Positions 28,720 through 38,249 of a stretch of 64,000 nucleotides of DNA are shown here, in pieces (positions within the stretch are counted from its first letter, which is position 1; each line of letters begins with the position of its first letter). The translations under genes were made by a program, and so were the position numbers. The DNA is from Deltaproteobacteria bacterium. Lineage in GTDB: Bacteria; SAR324; NAC60-12. A model generated the notes under the pieces. It saw only the letters and a list, made by a program, of their open reading frames with translations, was not told the origin of the DNA and did not search any database. The stretch covers positions 6,683 to 70,682 of the forward strand of contig NYTS01000078.1 of NCBI GenBank assembly GCA_002683655.1, given 5' to 3'.

Positions 28720-29640
28720 ATGACTAAGCAGGATTTTCGCAGCCGTGACGCTAGACTTGGGTTCCTCCTTGTTTTACCTGCTGTAGTTCTTGTCATTCTT
28801 GTTGTGATTTTGCCAATCATATCTGGGATTCAAATCAGTTTTACCTCTCAAAGAGTAGTTGGAAGTGAATACGAATTTATTGGGCTAAAAAATTATTTTG
28901 AACTTTTTGAGGACAAACAATTTATCGCCTCTCTGGGCAAAAGCGCGATCTGGGTGTTGGCAAATGGTTTTTTCCAAACTTTAGCAGCATTGTTAATCGC
29001 ATTATTGATCAATCAACCATTCAGGGGGCAAAATTTTGTTCGGACTTGGATCATCCTTCCATGGGCTGTACCTGCAGCGGTGACAGCAATTCTTTGGCGC
29101 TGGATGTTTGATGCCTCTTCAGGAATTGTGAACACAACGATGAAGGGAATGGATTTGGTGCAAAAACCAGTGCTTTTTCTGGCTAATCCCGACATTGCTG
29201 GAATGAGTCTGACATTTGTAAATTCTTGGAGATACATACCATTCTTGACGATTATTTTCCTTGCTTCCTTAGCAAGTGTTCCCGAGGAAGAGTACGAAGC
29301 AGCCAAAGTTGATGGAGCAACTCCCTGGTTACAATTCAAATCGATTACCTTCCCTAATCTTTTGCCAACTTTGACCGTTCTGGGTTTGGTTGGAACCCTT
29401 TGGGCTTCAAATGTGTTTGATATTATTTGGATGATGACACGGGGTGGGCCAGGGGACGCTACGACGACGGTTCCTGTCTTAATGTATGATATGGCCTTTT
29501 ATGGCTATAACATTTCAAAGGCTACAGCGGGAGCGATCATCTTCTTATTTATCCTTATTATTTTCGCCTTTGTTTTCATCTTTGCCAATCGGAAACAGTT
29601 CGTTATTGCGAGTGATACTTTCCAAGATTTATCAAAATAG
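28720..29640 (+). CDS. Sugar ABC transporter permease, MalF/UgpA-like
   Basis: A 6-TM permease with the EAA loop (EEEYEAAKVDGATPWLQFKSITFP). Confidence 0.85.
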   Translation: MTKQDFRSRDARLGFLLVLPAVVLVILVVILPIISGIQISFTSQRVVGSEYEFIGLKNYFELFEDKQFIASLGKSAIWVLANGFFQTLAALLIALLINQPFRGQNFVRTWIILPWAVPAAVTAILWRWMFDASSGIVNTTMKGMDLVQKPVLFLANPDIAGMSLTFVNSWRYIPFLTIIFLASLASVPEEEYEAAKVDGATPWLQFKSITFPNLLPTLTVLGLVGTLWASNVFDIIWMMTRGGPGDATTTVPVLMYDMAFYGYNISKATAGAIIFLFILIIFAFVFIFANRKQFVIASDTFQDLSK

Positions 29641-29643
29641 ATC

Positions 29644-30474
29644 ATGAAGTTAAATTTTTCGATTTTTTCGCTTCTACGACTCTTCGTGATCATCATGATC
29701 TTGTTTATACTGCTGGCGCCCTTCTTATGGATTTTGTTGGCTTCATTCCGTCCAAACATGGAACTTGTTCGGAATCAGTCTTTGATACCCAATTCATTGA
29801 CAATTGAAAACTATGTTTCCTTGTTTTCGAAATCTGGATATTGGCAATGGATTATCAACAGTCTCATCGTGGCAATTTATACAGTTTTGATATCAATTCC
29901 TTTAATTGTTGCAGGTGCCTATAGTGTTTATCGAACCTATTTCTGGGGTCGAAATGCTTTAAGTCTGTTTCTGTTGAGTGTGTACATCTTTCCGACAGCG
30001 CTATTAGTAGTTCCAATCTTTCGGATCTTCAATGATTTGAAACTGGTTGACAGCCACTTGGGCTGTGCACTTATGAATACCGCTTTTGCTGTACCTTTTG
30101 GTATTTGGTTGTTGCAGGCATTTCTCAAAAGTTTACCCCCAGAATTAGAAGAAGCAGCTGCAGTAGATGGCATAGGTCGAATGCGAACATTAATTCAGAT
30201 AATCATTCCACAGGTTGCTCCTGGTATTATCGCGATTGCAATGTTTGCATTCATTGTTTCCTGGACAGAATATTTGTTTGCGATGACGCTTTTGCTCAGT
30301 AATGATTTGCACACGCTTCCAATTGGTTTAACAGGAATCGTTTTTGGTCAGTACAGAGTCAATTGGGGATTTGCTGCAGCTGGAGCCGTAGGTTCAGCTA
30401 TTCCGGTCTTTTTGTTGTTTTTAATTGTTGGACGATGGTTTATCCGCGGGATCTCTGCGGGAGCAATCAAGTAA
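29644..30474 (+). CDS. Sugar ABC transporter permease, MalG/UgpE-like
   Basis: The EAA loop (LEEAAAVDGIGRMRTLIQIIIP) and 6 TM segments are present. Confidence 0.85.
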   Translation: MKLNFSIFSLLRLFVIIMILFILLAPFLWILLASFRPNMELVRNQSLIPNSLTIENYVSLFSKSGYWQWIINSLIVAIYTVLISIPLIVAGAYSVYRTYFWGRNALSLFLLSVYIFPTALLVVPIFRIFNDLKLVDSHLGCALMNTAFAVPFGIWLLQAFLKSLPPELEEAAAVDGIGRMRTLIQIIIPQVAPGIIAIAMFAFIVSWTEYLFAMTLLLSNDLHTLPIGLTGIVFGQYRVNWGFAAAGAVGSAIPVFLLFLIVGRWFIRGISAGAIK

Positions 30475-30485
30475 ACTGGTGAACT

Positions 30486-31568
30486 ATGGCCTCAGTTGCT
30501 CTGAAAAATCTTTATAAAAATTTCGGTCAAACAACAGTAGTTAGAAATGTAAATGTAGAGATTGATGATGGGGAATTTCTAGTTTTCGTAGGGCCCTCTG
30601 GTTGTGGAAAAACAACGACGCTTCGCATGGTTGTAGGATTAGAATCTCTAAGCCAAGGCGAGATACATATTGGAAACCGCCTTGTCAATGATCTACCTCC
30701 AGGTGATCGGGATGTTGCCATGGTTTTTCAAAATTATGCTCTCTATTCCCACATGAATGTGAGCAGAAATTTAGGATTTGCATTGAAGTCAAGAGGATTA
30801 GCTGACCAAGAAATTGCTAAAAGGGTTCAACGAGTTGCTAAAATGCTGGATTTGGAGGAATTGCTTGAACGAAAACCAAAGCAGTTATCTGGGGGACAAC
30901 GCCAGCGAGTTGCCTTAGGGAGAGCAGTCGTGCGGAATCCCCAAGTTTTTTTAATGGATGAACCGTTATCCAATCTCGATGCTTTATTGCGACTACAGAC
31001 TCGAAAAGAATTGATCGAGCTTACAACAGAATTAAATAGTACTGTAATCTATGTCACTCATGACCAGGTTGAGGCTATGACCATGGGGCATCGATTAGCT
31101 GTGATGAACAAAGGGGAAGTTGTTCAATTGGACCCACCAGAAAAGGTTTTTAATGAACCATCCAACCGTTTTGTTGCAGAATTTATTGGAAGCCCCCCGA
31201 TGAATTTTCTGGATGTTGAGGTGGTAGAAGAAAATTTCCAAAAAATCTTGAAAAGTGATGCCTTTGATCTGGTTTTACCGAAGTACTGGGATTCACTCTC
31301 CGAGTCTGAAGCCATCTTGGGTTTTCGTCCACATGATGCACAACTTGTTGCGGAGGGGGGAGTTGCTGGCAGGGTGACGGTGGTTGAAACGTTAGGCGCA
31401 GAGAAACTGGTCTATCTCAAGGTCGGTAAAAATAGTTTGTCAATTCTGGTTCCTGCCGCTGAAAAAATACGCTCAGGGGATCAATTACGGTTTGATCTCA
31501 ATAAAGATGCGCTTCATTTATTTAATCGTGCAGATGAGAAGAGAATTATGCTTTTCAAGCAAAGCTAA
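30486..31568 (+). CDS. Sugar ABC transporter ATP-binding protein, MalK/UgpC-like
   Basis: Walker A GPSGCGKTT, LSGGQRQR and FLMDEPLSNLD are present, followed by a C-terminal TOBE regulatory domain. Confidence 0.9.
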   Translation: MASVALKNLYKNFGQTTVVRNVNVEIDDGEFLVFVGPSGCGKTTTLRMVVGLESLSQGEIHIGNRLVNDLPPGDRDVAMVFQNYALYSHMNVSRNLGFALKSRGLADQEIAKRVQRVAKMLDLEELLERKPKQLSGGQRQRVALGRAVVRNPQVFLMDEPLSNLDALLRLQTRKELIELTTELNSTVIYVTHDQVEAMTMGHRLAVMNKGEVVQLDPPEKVFNEPSNRFVAEFIGSPPMNFLDVEVVEENFQKILKSDAFDLVLPKYWDSLSESEAILGFRPHDAQLVAEGGVAGRVTVVETLGAEKLVYLKVGKNSLSILVPAAEKIRSGDQLRFDLNKDALHLFNRADEKRIMLFKQS

Positions 31569-32624
31569 ATGCAGTCACCTTCAAAAAGAATTTCTTTCGC
31601 ATTGATTGGCTTTGGTCGTTTCGGCAAGCACCATGCGAACATCCTGAAGCACCATCCCAATGTGATAGTAGACTCGATTTGTGAAATCGATCCGGCTGCT
31701 GTCCAGCAAGCCAGTAGGGAATTCCCAGATGCAAAGATCTACACAGAACCTTTCAGTATGTTTCAGGAGATTGATGTTGATGCCGTAACTGTAGTTTCTC
31801 CTGAAAACACCCATGCTGAAATTGTTCAGGCAGCTTTAAACAGTGGATCGCATGTCTTTTGTGAGAAACCATTGGCAACTAAACTCTCTGAGGCCAGGGA
31901 ATTGGCGAAGATATCTCTGGAGAGAGAACTAAAGTTGAGAGTGGGGTACATCCTAAGATATGAACCTCGACACCGAGTGCTTAAACAACAAATAGAAGCT
32001 GGACAGTTAGGAGAAATTGGGAAAATCAGGTCAAAAAGAGATGTTTCTCGTTCATGGTTTGAAGCCTATGGATATCGAGTTCACTCTGCTTACGAGACTC
32101 TGATACATGATGTAGATCTAGTTCTTTGGTTCAGTCAGCAGAGATGCAAATCAGTCAGTGCCTGGGGTGGTTATCTATTAGGCTACAATGTACCGGAAAC
32201 TCTGGTTATGGTGCTTGAGATGGAATCAGGAACCATTTGTATTCTTGAGTCTTCATGGTTAGTGCCCGGCGGTGCTCCAGCGAATATTATTGGGTGGGAA
32301 GATTCAAGTAATGCAGGAAAAGGCGTTGTCGAAGCTTCCTTAGAGGTGATTGGTACAAAAGGGTCCAGTTATTTGAGGACCTATGAGCCATCCTTGACAA
32401 TCAATGATGACACTGGGAGCTATTGTCCAGATTTAGCGTTTTGGCCCCAAATTGATGGGCGAACGGTTGGGGCATTACGAGAAGAAATTTGGGATTTCAT
32501 TGAGGAATTACTTGGAGATAATCATGCGAAGGTGGATTCTTTGGAAGATGCCATTCACGTTCAGGAAATCTGTGAGGCAGCTATTGAATCAGAAAAATCT
32601 GGGAAGAAAATAAATATCAGTTAA
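31569..32624 (+). CDS. Gfo/Idh/MocA-family NAD(P)-dependent oxidoreductase
   Basis: It has the N-terminal Rossmann fold (FALIGFGRFGKHHA) and the EKP motif (CEKPLA). Confidence 0.8.
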   Translation: MQSPSKRISFALIGFGRFGKHHANILKHHPNVIVDSICEIDPAAVQQASREFPDAKIYTEPFSMFQEIDVDAVTVVSPENTHAEIVQAALNSGSHVFCEKPLATKLSEARELAKISLERELKLRVGYILRYEPRHRVLKQQIEAGQLGEIGKIRSKRDVSRSWFEAYGYRVHSAYETLIHDVDLVLWFSQQRCKSVSAWGGYLLGYNVPETLVMVLEMESGTICILESSWLVPGGAPANIIGWEDSSNAGKGVVEASLEVIGTKGSSYLRTYEPSLTINDDTGSYCPDLAFWPQIDGRTVGALREEIWDFIEELLGDNHAKVDSLEDAIHVQEICEAAIESEKSGKKINIS

Positions 32625-33365
32625 ATGTCTAAAAATTATCAACAAGTCGCGCTAGTCACAGGGGCTGCCAGAGGAATTGGTGAAGCAACTGTGGAGAGGT
32701 TTGTCGAAGAGGGAATAAACGTAGTTGCAACCGATATTTTGCCAGAAATTAGACATTTAAAGAAAGCCAATGTCATCTTCCTTACACATGATGTTTCAAA
32801 AGCCGAGTCCTGGGCCTCCATTCTTGGAGATGTAAAAAACCAATTTGGAAGATTGGATATCTTGGTGAACAATGCTGGGATAGGTACCTTGCCTGATGTA
32901 GAAGAAGAGGAAGAGAGAGGTTGGATGGAAATGCTCGATACTAATGCAAAATCGATTTGGTTAGGCATAAAGGCAGTGGTCCCCTTAATGAGATCGAATA
33001 AAAGTGGTTCCATTGTAAATGTTTCGAGTATCTTTGGGGCATCAGGTGGCTTTGGGAAATCTGCAGCATACCACGCTAGCAAGGGTGTAGTAAGTGCGGT
33101 GACCAGAAATGCGGCAATTCGTTATGCTCCAGAAAATATTCGGGTCAATGCGGTAAGTCCAGGATTTGTAAAGGTGGCAAGGGAGGAAAAAACTATCGAA
33201 AAAGCTGGCGATGAAATGTCTCAAGAAATTTTGTTTCGCACTCCTATGAAAAGATGGGCTGAGCCCTCCGAAATAGCATCCACTATCAATTTTCTAGCTG
33301 GAAAAGATGCAACCTATATCACGGGTGTAGAGCTGTTCGTGGATGGTGGTTGGATGGCTACGTGA
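32625..33365 (+). CDS. SDR-family short-chain dehydrogenase/reductase
   Basis: TGAARGIGEA, NNAG and the catalytic YxxxK (AAYHASK) are present. Confidence 0.85.
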   Translation: MSKNYQQVALVTGAARGIGEATVERFVEEGINVVATDILPEIRHLKKANVIFLTHDVSKAESWASILGDVKNQFGRLDILVNNAGIGTLPDVEEEEERGWMEMLDTNAKSIWLGIKAVVPLMRSNKSGSIVNVSSIFGASGGFGKSAAYHASKGVVSAVTRNAAIRYAPENIRVNAVSPGFVKVAREEKTIEKAGDEMSQEILFRTPMKRWAEPSEIASTINFLAGKDATYITGVELFVDGGWMAT

Positions 33366-33395
33366 GCAAATTAAACAAAATCTCAAAAGGCCGCC

Positions 33396-34436
33396 ATGAA
33401 AGCTGCTGTACTCCACCAATACGATCCAGAACTTAGAAGAGCTGAACTTGTCGTCTATCAAGAGATTTCAGATCCGGATCCACCGACTGGAGATGAAGTT
33501 TTGGTTCATATCAGGGCTGCAGGGGTTTGCCGCACTGACCTACATATGATCACAGGTCGTGATCTGGGAATGCCCACCGCTTCATTGCCACATATTTTAG
33601 GACATGAGAATGCGGGGGTAGTAAAAGCGATTGGTGGAAACGTTCAAGGTTTTGAGATTGGTGACAAGGTGCTCTGTTATCCGTTTCAGTCTAATGGAGA
33701 TAGTTTAGTAGAACGCTATGGGATTGATTCACAAGCAATTGTAAGAATAACCCCTGGAATTAATACAAGTGGAGGTTTTTGTGAATTCGTCAAATTTCCT
33801 CAACGCTCACTGATCAAAGTTGGAAAAGATGCCAATCTGAATAAGTTAGCTCCTTTGGGGGATGCAGGTTTGACTGCATATGGAGCTGTGAGAAAATTGA
33901 TGGGTCATATACGTCCTCAGGATAACGTCGTGGTAATTGGAATTGGAGGGGTAGGCCATCTTGGTGCTCAGTTACTTTCCCGCTTGACCCCAGGAAAAAT
34001 CTTTGCTGTAGATCCGCGAAAATCTGCACGTAATTTGGCTAATAAAACGGGTATTGAAAATTGTTTTGAATCTCTTGAAGAGCTTGAATTTCTTAAAAAA
34101 GAAACAGACTCAGGTGTTCGAGCAATTATTGATTTTTTTGGAGAAAAGAAAATTCCAAATCAAGCTTTGCAGTTGCTGGCTAACCAAGGTCGCTATGTTG
34201 CTGTGGGTACGGGTGGTGAGGTACGGGTTTCTACAGCAGAATTAGTGGCCAGGGAAATTAGTATTGTGGGAAGTTTTGTTGGGACTTTCACTGACTTGGT
34301 TGAAATTACAAACCTAACTGAGCGAGGAGAACTAGTAAGTGAGGTTTTGACTTATCCGCTTTCAGATGCAAATCGCGCACTGCAGGATCTAGCAAAGGGT
34401 AAAGTCATTGGCAGAGCTGTGTTAATTCCTGAATAA
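33396..34436 (+). CDS. Zn-dependent alcohol dehydrogenase (MDR family)
   Basis: GVCRTDLH, GHENAGVV and the GIGGVGHLG Rossmann motif are present. Confidence 0.8.
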   Translation: MKAAVLHQYDPELRRAELVVYQEISDPDPPTGDEVLVHIRAAGVCRTDLHMITGRDLGMPTASLPHILGHENAGVVKAIGGNVQGFEIGDKVLCYPFQSNGDSLVERYGIDSQAIVRITPGINTSGGFCEFVKFPQRSLIKVGKDANLNKLAPLGDAGLTAYGAVRKLMGHIRPQDNVVVIGIGGVGHLGAQLLSRLTPGKIFAVDPRKSARNLANKTGIENCFESLEELEFLKKETDSGVRAIIDFFGEKKIPNQALQLLANQGRYVAVGTGGEVRVSTAELVAREISIVGSFVGTFTDLVEITNLTERGELVSEVLTYPLSDANRALQDLAKGKVIGRAVLIPE

Positions 34437-34490
34437 ATGATTCTGATCCATAGGACTAGTTAAATCGTTGACTTCTAGTTTTTTAAAAAT

Positions 34491-36872
34491 TTAAGCGTGG
34501 AATTTAACAAGTTGTTGGTGTCCATAGGATTTTTGTTTTTGTGAAGTTCCAGAAGTTCGGTAAAGCGTATCTCTTTGTTCTGGGAATCTCCCTGCTTCCT
34601 GAATGATATTTTCCATCCATTCAGGAAGCATTTCCTGACCATGCACTGTTCCTGCTGCCCTTGTAATGCTCTCGTTCATGAGAGTTCCTCCAAGATCGTT
34701 GACCCCTGCATTGAGACAATGTTTCAATCCTTCTAGTCCCATTTTCACCCAAGAAGTTTGAATGTTTTGAATTTGAGGATGTAGGACCAGTCTAGCAACA
34801 GCATGGATCAGCACAGCTTCACGAAATGTTGGACCCTTTCTGGCTTTTCCCTTCAGATAAATCGGTGACTCCATATGTACAAAAGGCAGTGGTACGAATT
34901 CAGTGAATCCACCCGTTCTGCACTGTAACTGTTTAATTTTCATTAGATGCCTGGCGACATGTTTTGGCTCTTCGACATGCCCAAACATAATCGTTGCAGT
35001 AGTTCTGAAGCCAACCTCGTGAGCAAGCCTCATCACTCCCAGCCATTCATCTGTCTTCAGCTTGTCTGGGCAAATGAGTTTTCTGACTTCGTCATCTAGA
35101 ATTTCCGCTGCTGTTCCAGGTAAGGTCCCCAGCCCTGTTTTTTTAAGTTCATAAAGAAAATCAGAAACTGTTAAATCTAAGGTCTTTGCACCCTGGCTGA
35201 CCTCAAGCGGGGAGAATGCATGAATATGAATGTCAGGCAATTCGTTCTTGATAGCTTCGCAGATATCCAGATAAGTCTTGCCGGTGTAACTTGGATGAAT
35301 TCCCCCCTGTAGACAAACTTCGGTAGCCCCACGATCCCAAGCTTCTTTTGAGCGTTGTACGATTTCGGTTAGATTTAGATTATATGGTTTCCCACGAAGG
35401 TTCTCTGACATTTTCCCCTTAGAAAATGCACAAAATCCACAACGGAAATAGCAAATATTAGTGTAGTTGATATTGCGGTTAACAACGTAGGTAATCGTTT
35501 CTCCACAGACCTTTCTGCGTAAATCATCTGCAGCCTGACAAACCTGAAAAAAATCCTCACCACGAACATTTAATAGTTGAACGACTTCACTCTCATCCGC
35601 TTCACAGTCACTTGCTATTTTTTCAAGTATTTGGGCAATGGGTGTGTTTTGATCTTTGGTAAATTGTAAAGAAAATCTTTCATGAATATTGGGCAAGTTG
35701 GTTTGGCCTGCACACCAGCTGTCTACTCTGGGAAATCCCTGTTGGTCAACAAGCTGTAGAAGCCTTGGGAGAACCTTGGGATCCACCCACAGTTCGTGAT
35801 TTACTGCGTAGGATGGATAGATGGCTAATCGCTCTGTTAGGCACTTTCCAAAACCAGTCATCATTTCAGATAAGTCCTCCAATTTTGGCCAAGGTGCTTC
35901 AGGATTGACATGATCCGGAGTCAATGGAGATATTCCTCCCCAGTCATTGATACCTGCATCCAAGATTCTTTCGAGATGGTCTGCATTCAGGTTCGGAGGG
36001 GTTTGAATATTCATCTCAGGACCAAACAAAATCCTGGCAATTGCAACTGTCCATAGAACTTCTTCGAGTTCGGGTTCAGGATGAAATTGCATCGGAGTTC
36101 CAGGCTTAGCCTTAAAATTCTGTATGATGATTTCTTGAATGTGTCCGTATTTTTCCTGTAATTCCCGGAGGGCTAACAAAGCCCCAACTCTCTCTAGTCG
36201 GTCTTCTCCAATACCTATTAAAATTCCTGAGGTAAATGGGATTTTGAGCTCACCTGCTTGCTTGATCATTCCAAGACGAACCTCAGGAATTTTATCTGGG
36301 GAACCATAGTGAGCAGCCCCTTTTTTCAATAGACGATTAGATGTGCTCTCTAACATTAATCCTTGTGAAACTGATACCTCTTTCAACTTGGCCAATTCTG
36401 ATACCGACATTACTCCAGCGTTTACATGTGGGAGTAATGAAGTCGATTCCAAAACCATTTTTGAAATCTCTGTAAGGTAAGAGATGGTAGATTCGTGTCC
36501 AAGCTCTTGAAGCTCTTTCCTGCATTTCGGGTAGCGCATTTCAGGCTTGTCACCCAGCGTAAAAAGGGCCTCTTTGCAACCTGATTTTTCACCATCCTGA
36601 ACTAATTTTAGAACCTCATCAGGTCTCATAAAACAAGACTGATTATTTATTGGTTCCCTTGAAAACGTACAGTAGTGACAAACATCTCTACATAGTTTGG
36701 TCAGTGGAATAAATACTTTTTTGGAGAAGGAAATGACCTTCCCATGGTGCTGATCTCTGAGCTGTGTAGCTATTCTTAAAAGGGAGTCCATCTCGTCATG
36801 TTGGACCAAATTAAGAGCTTCTTCAGGTTCAGGTCTTCTATTTCGAAACTGATCTATTTCTGAAACTTTCAT
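34491..36872 (-). CDS. fbiC: Bifunctional FO synthase (fused CofG and CofH, 7,8-didemethyl-8-hydroxy-5-deazariboflavin synthase)
   Basis: 793 aa with two radical-SAM CxxxCxxC motifs (CRDVCHYCTF in the N-half and CYFRCGFCAF in the C-half), collinear with FbiC. Confidence 0.85.
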   Translation of the reverse strand: MKVSEIDQFRNRRPEPEEALNLVQHDEMDSLLRIATQLRDQHHGKVISFSKKVFIPLTKLCRDVCHYCTFSREPINNQSCFMRPDEVLKLVQDGEKSGCKEALFTLGDKPEMRYPKCRKELQELGHESTISYLTEISKMVLESTSLLPHVNAGVMSVSELAKLKEVSVSQGLMLESTSNRLLKKGAAHYGSPDKIPEVRLGMIKQAGELKIPFTSGILIGIGEDRLERVGALLALRELQEKYGHIQEIIIQNFKAKPGTPMQFHPEPELEEVLWTVAIARILFGPEMNIQTPPNLNADHLERILDAGINDWGGISPLTPDHVNPEAPWPKLEDLSEMMTGFGKCLTERLAIYPSYAVNHELWVDPKVLPRLLQLVDQQGFPRVDSWCAGQTNLPNIHERFSLQFTKDQNTPIAQILEKIASDCEADESEVVQLLNVRGEDFFQVCQAADDLRRKVCGETITYVVNRNINYTNICYFRCGFCAFSKGKMSENLRGKPYNLNLTEIVQRSKEAWDRGATEVCLQGGIHPSYTGKTYLDICEAIKNELPDIHIHAFSPLEVSQGAKTLDLTVSDFLYELKKTGLGTLPGTAAEILDDEVRKLICPDKLKTDEWLGVMRLAHEVGFRTTATIMFGHVEEPKHVARHLMKIKQLQCRTGGFTEFVPLPFVHMESPIYLKGKARKGPTFREAVLIHAVARLVLHPQIQNIQTSWVKMGLEGLKHCLNAGVNDLGGTLMNESITRAAGTVHGQEMLPEWMENIIQEAGRFPEQRDTLYRTSGTSQKQKSYGHQQLVKFHA

Positions 36873-37231
36873 AATTTAGAAGGAGGTTGTATTGACTAAT
36901 CAAGAATAGAGAACTTTAAGATAAATTTTGTACTAAAAAGTATCATAAGTTTCTGTTAACTCTTTTTGAGATTTTGCAGTGCAGAGATTACTCAAGTATT
37001 TTTTTGAAAAAATATTCAGATATCTAAAAATTTACAAACGCTTCTTTTAGAAAAAGAATTGATTTCATAATGAAACCAACTTAAAAACTCTCTGAAAGCC
37101 TCAAGTCTTTCACACATAAATTTTCGACGCTCAAAATAGTTGATTAATCACAGAAGAACAATCCGATGTCATTTGCAATCAACATTCTATTCTGACTTAC
37201 TTATATCATTTAGTATAGATAACTATTTCGG

Positions 37232-38191
37232 ATGATAGGTTTCACAGAAAGCAACCATTTGACCTTTAAAAAATTATTTGCAGCCTATGGGGTCTATATG
37301 GCTCTGTTGATTTTGTTGATCGTTGCCAGTTTCATAACACCAGATCTCTTTGACGAAGAGACACTGGCAGTTTTGTTCAGGCAGTCGGCTCAATTGGGAA
37401 TTATCGCAATTGGGCAGACCATGGTGATGCTGGTCGCAGGGTTGGATCTTTCTGTTGGTGGCGTGATCGTTATGACTTCGATGGTTGTTGCAGAAGTGAG
37501 TAACGGGCGCGATGAGTTAATTCCGCTCTCAATTCTCGTTGCCCTGATCTTAGGGGCGTTGATTGGACTGGGTAATGGCTTGCTGATCACTAAGAGAAAA
37601 GTACCCCCGCTGGTAGCAACACTAGTAATGCTGTTTTTGGTGCAAGGAGCACAGCAAGCATTCACGAGAGGAGTGCCAAGCGGCTTTGTCCCTGAAACGC
37701 TTGGAATCGTGAACCAGTCTTGGGGATTTTTATCCATCCCTTTGATGGTTTGGTTTGCACTAAACGCAGTTTTCTTAGTTTTGTTGAGGGTGACACCTTT
37801 TGGGCGGCGAATCTACGCTGTTGGAAGTAATGCAGATGCTGCCAGGCTTTCAGGCCTATCAGTCCATAGGATAAAAATTGCAGTCTATATTTTAGCAAGT
37901 TGTCTTGCAGTGATTTCTGGAGTGATCCTCACGGGCTATGTCGGTTATGTGGATAGATTCATTGCGACCGGACTAGATCTGGATTCTGTAGCAGCCGCAG
38001 TCGTGGGGGGTACTGCTTTCTATGGAGGCAAAGGAGGCTTGCTCGGGACAATAGCTGGGGTCTTAATCATACAAATTCTAAGTACAATGGTGGTTCTTCT
38101 GGGGTTAGATGCTCAAACACAATTCATCATTAAAGGTCTAGTAATCCTTGCAGCTGTCAGCTTGTATGGGTTGGCCCAAAAACAGGCTTAA
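37232..38191 (+). CDS. Sugar ABC transporter permease (RbsC/branched monosaccharide type)
   Basis: It has a family-2 permease pattern with multiple TM segments and GxxxG-rich helices. Confidence 0.75.
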   Translation: MIGFTESNHLTFKKLFAAYGVYMALLILLIVASFITPDLFDEETLAVLFRQSAQLGIIAIGQTMVMLVAGLDLSVGGVIVMTSMVVAEVSNGRDELIPLSILVALILGALIGLGNGLLITKRKVPPLVATLVMLFLVQGAQQAFTRGVPSGFVPETLGIVNQSWGFLSIPLMVWFALNAVFLVLLRVTPFGRRIYAVGSNADAARLSGLSVHRIKIAVYILASCLAVISGVILTGYVGYVDRFIATGLDLDSVAAAVVGGTAFYGGKGGLLGTIAGVLIIQILSTMVVLLGLDAQTQFIIKGLVILAAVSLYGLAQKQA

Positions 38192-38249
38192 CCTCAGATC
38201 GGTCTCAAGCACTTAGATTCAATACCAACCAAAATTCGGAACCAGAGTT

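Noticed and set aside
36873-37231. The AT-rich 360-bp spacer between fbiC and the ribose-type ABC operon as a possible riboswitch
   Set aside because: I could not recognise any conserved riboswitch core (FMN, SAM, TPP, cobalamin, c-di-GMP) by eye. It is most likely a divergent promoter region. It cannot be excluded without covariance-model searches such as Rfam cmscan.
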